NCBI GenBank assembly: GCA_030295235.1
Contig: AP026132.1
Coordinates: 1,116,001-1,180,000, forward strand
DNA: 64,000 nt
Direction of reading: 5' to 3'
DNA from: Fistulifera solaris
Lineage: Eukaryota
Shown here: positions 60,541 to 64,000 of the stretch, piece after piece
How the letters are laid out: each line of letters begins with the position of its first letter
How positions within the stretch are numbered: position 1 is the first letter of the stretch
Notes under the pieces: generated by a model
Seen by the model: only the letters and a program-made list of their open reading frames with translations
Told to the model about the DNA's origin: nothing
Database searches by the model: none
Made by a program: the position numbers and the translations under genes

Positions 60541-62091
60541 CTATTCTTGTTTCTGGCGACTGATCCTTTGTAGACTTCGTCGCAAGTCGGTCTCAGTAAA
60601 ATATGCCATGGACAAGGTAATGACACCTGCGGTGACCCCCACTGCCACATGGTTAAAAGCCAATTGAATCCAGTCTCCACTCCCAACAGCGTGCGCCCCA
60701 GTAACAAATATTTCTCTAGATATTCGGGTCGAGATGAAGCACCCAAGGAAACAGAGCAGGACGGCTGGTTGTGGGAACATGCCACGTAGCAACTGTGCGG
60801 CGACACGCCAAGGTGCCGTTTCGGTGCCCCATCGATTGGCGAAAAAGTGAGTAGCGAAATGTAAGGAATAAAGGGACCGCAGCATCATCGAAAAGCAATT
60901 TGCAGCCACCAACCCGATGGTTCCATACATGGATACCGCCACGGGTACAATAAGCGCAAATACCCCAGCAACCACAGTATGAGCGACGCCCAATCGTCCC
61001 ATATCACTGGCATTCTCTGCAACGCCATAAACAAAAGCTTCTGTACTTCCATTCCATGCTAAAAATGCAGTGTAAACACAAAAGGCGCTCAAAACCGATG
61101 ATGCTTGTGGATTGTCACTCCATCGTGCTCCGCCTACCAGCTGTAACAGGAGAGCAGTATAGTGCACCGCTAATGTACTATAAATAAACCCCAAGTACAA
61201 AACGAGCTTTACCACGAAGCAGTAGGACTGTCGTAGTTCATCCTGTTGGGGCGATTGGCTCGGTACTACGTGTTGCCGACTCCAAAGCAATCTTGCATTT
61301 TCTTCAATGGGTTGTAAGAGCACTCGTGCAGCTAATCCACCGTAGGCACTGCCCATGGCATAAACACCTTGATCGTAGCTTTCAGCGAGAGCAACCAAAG
61401 TGATCCGATCTCCTTCCGTCAAAAGATGTTTGAAAAACCCCTGTATCGTGAAGACCATCGTCATGTATAACGTTTGGCGATCCAAAGCCTTCCACTGGGG
61501 CCGCGTAACAGCCGGTGCTAGTTTGTAACAGAGATAAAGTGTATACACAGCAGCGTAGACGATTTGGGCACAACCGAATGCCAGTACTTGTGGCTGTGAC
61601 TTGAAGCGCGTGAGAAGAATCACCAGAGTGATTGTTTTGGTTACCGTCGCCAACCCTTCAGCCGATGCCTTGACAGAGACGTGCAATTGGCGAAGCGCAT
61701 GAAGTACTAGTGGCTCAGCGAGACTTTCGATGAAGGAAGCACAACAATACATTAATCCAGCCCGACGAAAGGCATCGTTTTCCGGTGCAGCGTTGTAATG
61801 TACGTGTTGGATGCCAGCGAGTACAGCGAAACAAGCGGTCGTAGGTATAGTCAAGTAAGCAACATTCCAGTCACTGGTTGGTCGCATTAAACTCAATCGA
61901 AAACCTTCCCGACAAACAAAATTGATCATAGAATAAAGCAACTCCAGCTGAATTGAAGCTTGCCCTAAAATGGTCGGATCAACCCATCGCAACGAGATTT
62001 GCGTGCAACCAAACGAGATCAAGCGGAGCAGAAACGTAGCAACAGTGCCCGCTAAAGCGGTTCGTGTCGTATTTGATGTAAAGCTTGCCAT
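60541..62091 (-). CDS. RFT1: Man5GlcNAc2-PP-dolichol translocation protein
   Basis: Motifs 'QLELL...CREGFR', 'KHLLTEGD', 'DQGVYA...YGGLAARVLLQPIEE', 'NGSTEAF'. Confidence 0.92.
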   Translation of the reverse strand: MASFTSNTTRTALAGTVATFLLRLISFGCTQISLRWVDPTILGQASIQLELLYSMINFVCREGFRLSLMRPTSDWNVAYLTIPTTACFAVLAGIQHVHYNAAPENDAFRRAGLMYCCASFIESLAEPLVLHALRQLHVSVKASAEGLATVTKTITLVILLTRFKSQPQVLAFGCAQIVYAAVYTLYLCYKLAPAVTRPQWKALDRQTLYMTMVFTIQGFFKHLLTEGDRITLVALAESYDQGVYAMGSAYGGLAARVLLQPIEENARLLWSRQHVVPSQSPQQDELRQSYCFVVKLVLYLGFIYSTLAVHYTALLLQLVGGARWSDNPQASSVLSAFCVYTAFLAWNGSTEAFVYGVAENASDMGRLGVAHTVVAGVFALIVPVAVSMYGTIGLVAANCFSMMLRSLYSLHFATHFFANRWGTETAPWRVAAQLLRGMFPQPAVLLCFLGCFISTRISREIFVTGAHAVGSGDWIQLAFNHVAVGVTAGVITLSMAYFTETDLRRSLQRISRQKQE

Positions 62092-62683
62092 AGACAGGAT
62101 GTATTTGATGCATTTGTCTGTTATTCAATGTCTTTGGTTTCAATGCAAGGATCAAGCAAGGATGCCATGAAGTCGCGAGATCATCATCGAAAAAGTGCGG
62201 TCAGTCGTCAGTCAGCGTTGTCACGGTTAATACGTCAGTCAAAGAAGGCTGATGATCTGATGATGTGCCATTGGGCCATTGGCCCTTGGCACGATACAAA
62301 TAATAGAGATGACGTGGCGAGGATCAGTATCTAAGGTTTACAGTCATAACTTCAAGAATGCGGTAGAACATTTCGCAATGCATTTTCTATTTTAAGTTCA
62401 GTATTTAGCAATAAGTACTCCTGTTGGGAAAACTTCAACTTCAACCCCGGATTTTATGCCTGAGATTCTGAGATTTATCATTTAGAGAAGGTCCGCGAAT
62501 TTGTAACACGCAGCGAAGAACGCAAATGACAAAAACACCGGAAACTATACATCCAAAATGTAGAACAAGCCTTCCCTCTCGCCACCGCCATCAAACATCA
62601 AGCACAGCAGTTTTCTTCATTCATTCCATTTCGAGTTCGCATTGCTCAAAAGAGAAAAAGATTGTCGGCATTTACAAAAGACC

Positions 62684-63166
62684 ATGTGCAGCATGCGACC
62701 ATGTCCTTCCAGAAAAGCACCCAAACTTCGTCCAACTGCACTCATGTTCTCACAGATCCGCGATGTAACGTCGCTGTCACCGCCCAGATTTCCAAAGCGT
62801 GTACCCAGCATGGAAACCAGCCTCTGTACACTTGCCAAAGACGAATCGCACGGAAAATCGAAATCTCAGCCATGTCTTGCCGGAAAGAATGCTTCATTTG
62901 CTTCGTTAAAAGAGAAAAGCTGCAAGTTAGCTGACTGTTACATCGGTTTTTCAGAGGACGAAAGCATCATGTCCGATCTATCTGACGACGACGACGATGA
63001 CAATGACCTCTCATATGTGAGCCATTCGGCCTATGCTCCAGTGACAGTAGAGCAGGTTCTTCTAGAAAGTCTTGGATCATCGCGATGGCTTCCAAGTGAC
63101 TGTTCAAGTGATAGTCGCAGTCGAGATGCGCCGAAGACACCGTGTCGAACGACAGAGAATGTTTGA
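62684..63166 (+). CDS. Hypothetical Ser/Asp-rich protein
   Basis: ORF of ~160 aa from the first ATG, with an acidic tract and no recognisable domain. Confidence 0.45.
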   Translation: MCSMRPCPSRKAPKLRPTALMFSQIRDVTSLSPPRFPKRVPSMETSLCTLAKDESHGKSKSQPCLAGKNASFASLKEKSCKLADCYIGFSEDESIMSDLSDDDDDDNDLSYVSHSAYAPVTVEQVLLESLGSSRWLPSDCSSDSRSRDAPKTPCRTTENV

Positions 63167-63423
63167 AATAATCGAGATGCCTGGATGTACACACATCCCA
63201 TTCAGAGGTGAACCATTTCCGGTGTCGCAACCCTGCCCACTGGTGTTAAATATTACATGTAAATAAAATAGACAGGAAAAACAAACGTCTCGATGAATAC
63301 CTGGTATAAAATGATGATGATGTAACAACAATGGTGGACGAGGAAGAAAATTTTGCGTTTTTTTTGTGAAATGATTTTTGACAAATATCTTTAGCCCTAA
63401 CAATTTCCTTTCTGTTTACAAGG

Positions 63424-63480
63424 TACTATAACTCAAAGTGTAGATTACTTTTTTTACGACTGCATTCCAGTCATGAATCA
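63424..63480 (+). repeat. Solo/degenerate core of repeat family C (second partial core at ~63652-63677)
   Basis: 'tactataactcaaagtg...acgactgcattccagtcatgaatc'. Confidence 0.7.
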
Positions 63481-63791
63481 ACAGTTGCGACCTATTTTTG
63501 AACTGCTTAAAATCTAGACTAAACCTAAATTATAGTCTTCGTTCGCTTTGTGGATTATAGTCAAGAGTTTTCGATACCACAGATCATAGGACTATAGTCT
63601 CTGTTTGCAGTGCACGCCTCTTAACGTCAAACTCCTTTCGGCTTCAGTTAGCCCGCGACTGAAATGCAATCATGAGTGAAACTTTGCCGCAAACGACGCA
63701 AAAAAAAAAAACATTGCCGTCGCGCCGCGATGATAATGATCTCTAGTGATTAGTAAAGACATCGTTTTTCCCAACAGGCACACTTGATAGA

Positions 63792-64000
63792 ATGAGCGAT
63801 GTAAAAAGCCCGATTGCTGACAATTGCTTGCTCATTCAAGTTTCCGAGAACATCCCGTCCGTTCAGGAATGTCACAACTTTTGTGCTCAGGACACCTCAT
63901 GCGGTGCTGTTGCGAACTTTGTAGGCATCACACGAGATTCCTTTCAGGGCAAGAAAGTCGTTAAGCTATCCTACGAAGGCTACGTCCCCATGGCGAAAAA
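63792..64000 (+). CDS. MOCS2: Molybdopterin synthase catalytic subunit (MoaE), 3' end runs off the window
   Basis: Manual translation: MSDVKSP...[33 protein letters not shown]. Not in the ORF track. Confidence 0.9.
   Translation, partial: MSDVKSPIADNCLLIQVSENIPSVQECHNFCAQDTSCGAVANFVGITRDSFQGKKVVKLSYEGYVPMAK

Noticed and set aside
11786..62091. Possible sulfated-glycan/secretory gene cluster (two sulfotransferases, GT92, RFT1, SLC33A1, PDI-C, RAMP4)
   Set aside because: The genes are spread over 50 kb among unrelated genes and belong to large or ubiquitous families; no evidence of clustering.

Overview
Gene-dense eukaryotic nuclear DNA, most likely a pennate diatom. That assignment is inferred from short GT-AG introns, bipartite signal-peptide/'AF' plastid presequences and a diatom-type cyclin. 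About 30 mostly housekeeping genes are supported, among them cyclophilin, ADI1, FTR variable subunit, kinesin-13, PFAS, cyclin, RAMP4, SLC33A1, CNOT10, VPS8, RAD51C, a NOG1-like GTPase, a PDI-C/ERGIC protein, THOC6, CAF1, GT92, RFT1 and MOCS2. Two edge-truncated genes (bestrophin-like, MoaE) are absent from the ORF track. About 13 single-base frameshifts at or near homopolymer runs look like assembly errors. The most unusual content is non-coding: (i) two oppositely oriented arrays of a ~51-52 bp satellite built on a 17-bp palindrome, with different higher-order periods; (ii) two dispersed ~200-227 bp repeat families with a core-(body-core)n layout and hairpin cores, located in 5' intergenic regions; (iii) a 169-bp non-autonomous Helitron next to a 21-bp inverted repeat. 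No CRISPR, rRNA or tRNA could be supported. All annotations come from reading the sequence by eye; no database searches were run.
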